Below, piece after piece: positions 25,583 to 26,942 of a stretch of 26,942 nucleotides of DNA. Below the pieces are notes generated by a model. That model saw only the letters and a program-made list of their open reading frames with translations. It did no database searches and was not told the origin of the DNA. Position 1 is the first letter of the stretch, and every line of letters starts with the position of its first letter. A program made the translations under genes and the position numbers. The DNA lies in contig JBDLRP010000022.1 of NCBI GenBank assembly GCA_039799905.1, positions 1 to 26,942 of the forward strand. Reading direction: 5' to 3'. The DNA is from Pseudomonadota bacterium (GTDB lineage Bacteria; Bdellovibrionota_B; Oligoflexia; Silvanigrellales; Silvanigrellaceae).

Positions 25583-26942
25583 TTACTGAAAAAGAAAAGT
25601 GATCGCGCCACCCAACTGGAGTCCGGACGTTGAGATGACCTTGCCGTCGTTGGAATGCAAACCAGCAAACAATGACAAAGTCATGTCTTCAACATCGTAG
25701 CCGTATCGGATGAGATTCTCGTCATCGCCGTAAATTCGCGTGATTGAAACGTCGAGCGAGCCGCGAATGGTTGAATAGGTTTGCCAAACTGGAGTGGTGC
25801 CGCTCGGAGAAATCTCAGATGGCGATCCGTTGCCATTTCCTGCTGTGCTGACCGCAGCAGCTTCCTCACGCATCCGCATTTTGCCCACGACAAACGAGAA
25901 TCTCGGAGACACCCAAGGATGCTCTCCAACACGCAGGCGATATTCGGCGAGTCCGCCCACACCGTAACCAGAGAGCGATATTTTTGTTTTGTTGGCATCA
26001 GCACTGACGCCACTCATGGACACACTTGCAGCTTCGTAGCCGATGCCGACCTCACCGGCCAGATCGAGCAGCCGGAACGACTGTGCGATGAACAAAAACG
26101 TTGGCTTCTTGTTTTTGTACGACAAGTCGTAAAGCTCTTTGTCTTGCGATGGACGAATCTGCGCTCCACCGATCATAAGAGTCGTTGAGGCAGAACCTTG
26201 CGGGTATTTCAGACCGACAATCTCTTTTTGCTCCTCACCCGCAGGAGTTTCGCTTGCCCGCGCCTCGGAAAATAATACCTGACCCAACAACGACGAGACT
26301 TTCTCCTTGCCCTGCAAAGACCAGTCGGACAATCGCGTCAACCATTGCGAGAGCCCAACAAGAGTGCGCCCACTCCATTCAAAAAAAGCATTGAATGCAG
26401 GTTTGTATTGAGGGTTTTGTTCGAGCCAATGTGCCCAGCGCGGTGCATGTCGATAATAAACCTGAGTCACACCCAGACGGTCGAGCCAGACATCACGCAA
26501 GACTCGCCAATAATGCACAGACAAACTCTTTGTAGAGCCCGAGGCCGCGGTCACGACCATGCAATCGCTCTTCGCCTTGCCCAGATTCGGTGTCTTTTTC
26601 GAGCTAGGAAAAACAACATCGAAAGTCTGTGCCTTGATGCAGCGCGAACGGGTCAGCCCGATATTTCCGGCTGAATCGAGCGGATAAACCATCGCGCCAT
26701 AAGTCTCATTGTTCAATGCGTCGTTCACGGCAAAGCTGGTCCGCCCATCCGAAGAGACACGGACAATATTAAGACAGCCGCGCTTGATGGCGTTGGCGAG
26801 TCCATTGGCAGACGGATACTCAGGAGGAACTGCAATATCGTTGGCAGATTTTCCAAAGAAATCATCGCTCACGTCGGTCGCACAGCCCAGCGAACAAGAT
26901 GAGCTGCCAGCCACTGCTGCATCGAGGCCGCCATAGGAGCAA
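25583..26942 (-). CDS. CFI-box-CTERM-like domain protein fused to a probable outer-membrane beta-barrel (5' end outside the window)
   Basis: Frame is open to the right edge. FnIII-like LNNETYGAMVYPLDSAGN, then CMVVTAASGS...RVLRDVWL...YYRHAPRWAHWL, then alternating amphipathic strands ending GLQLGGAITFLFQ. Confidence 0.75.
   Translation of the reverse strand, partial: CSYGGLDAAVAGSSSCSLGCATDVSDDFFGKSANDIAVPPEYPSANGLANAIKRGCLNIVRVSSDGRTSFAVNDALNNETYGAMVYPLDSAGNIGLTRSRCIKAQTFDVVFPSSKKTPNLGKAKSDCMVVTAASGSTKSLSVHYWRVLRDVWLDRLGVTQVYYRHAPRWAHWLEQNPQYKPAFNAFFEWSGRTLVGLSQWLTRLSDWSLQGKEKVSSLLGQVLFSEARASETPAGEEQKEIVGLKYPQGSASTTLMIGGAQIRPSQDKELYDLSYKNKKPTFLFIAQSFRLLDLAGEVGIGYEAASVSMSGVSADANKTKISLSGYGVGGLAEYRLRVGEHPWVSPRFSFVVGKMRMREEAAAVSTAGNGNGSPSEISPSGTTPVWQTYSTIRGSLDVSITRIYGDDENLIRYGYDVEDMTLSLFAGLHSNDGKVISTSGLQLGGAITFLFQ

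Overview
A gene-dense bacterial chromosomal window of roughly mid-50s %GC (by eye), with about 25 CDS and no recognisable rRNA, tRNA, CRISPR array or mobile element. The gene mix (CFI-box-CTERM-like protein, DUF1585/1588-like cytochrome, degenerate receiver-HATPase protein, many orphan lipoproteins) suggests Bdellovibrionota/Oligoflexia or a related former deltaproteobacterial lineage; this is inference only. Housekeeping genes: glnS, a YciB-like membrane protein, rmlC, dapD with a DapC-like aminotransferase, purA, a PPi-type phosphofructokinase and an ATG22/UMF1-type MFS transporter. Best candidate for an undescribed system: a tightly coupled four-gene, entirely exported operon (17423-22406). 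It encodes a Cys-rich CxxCH protein of the DUF1588/1585 type, a lipoprotein, a Tat-exported DUF1501-like enzyme and a lipoprotein ending in a cytochrome c domain. It sits behind a sigma-28 (FliA)-like promoter, and a matching promoter precedes the next gene, a GHL10/DUF187-like glycoside hydrolase lipoprotein. Also notable: an internal CFI-box motif fused to a probable outer-membrane beta-barrel, a possible partner-switching set (HATPase, STAS, COQ8-like kinase), a replication-initiator-like wHTH orphan, a structured purA leader and a START-domain gene missing from the ORF track. All family calls come from motif recognition by eye, not from database searches.
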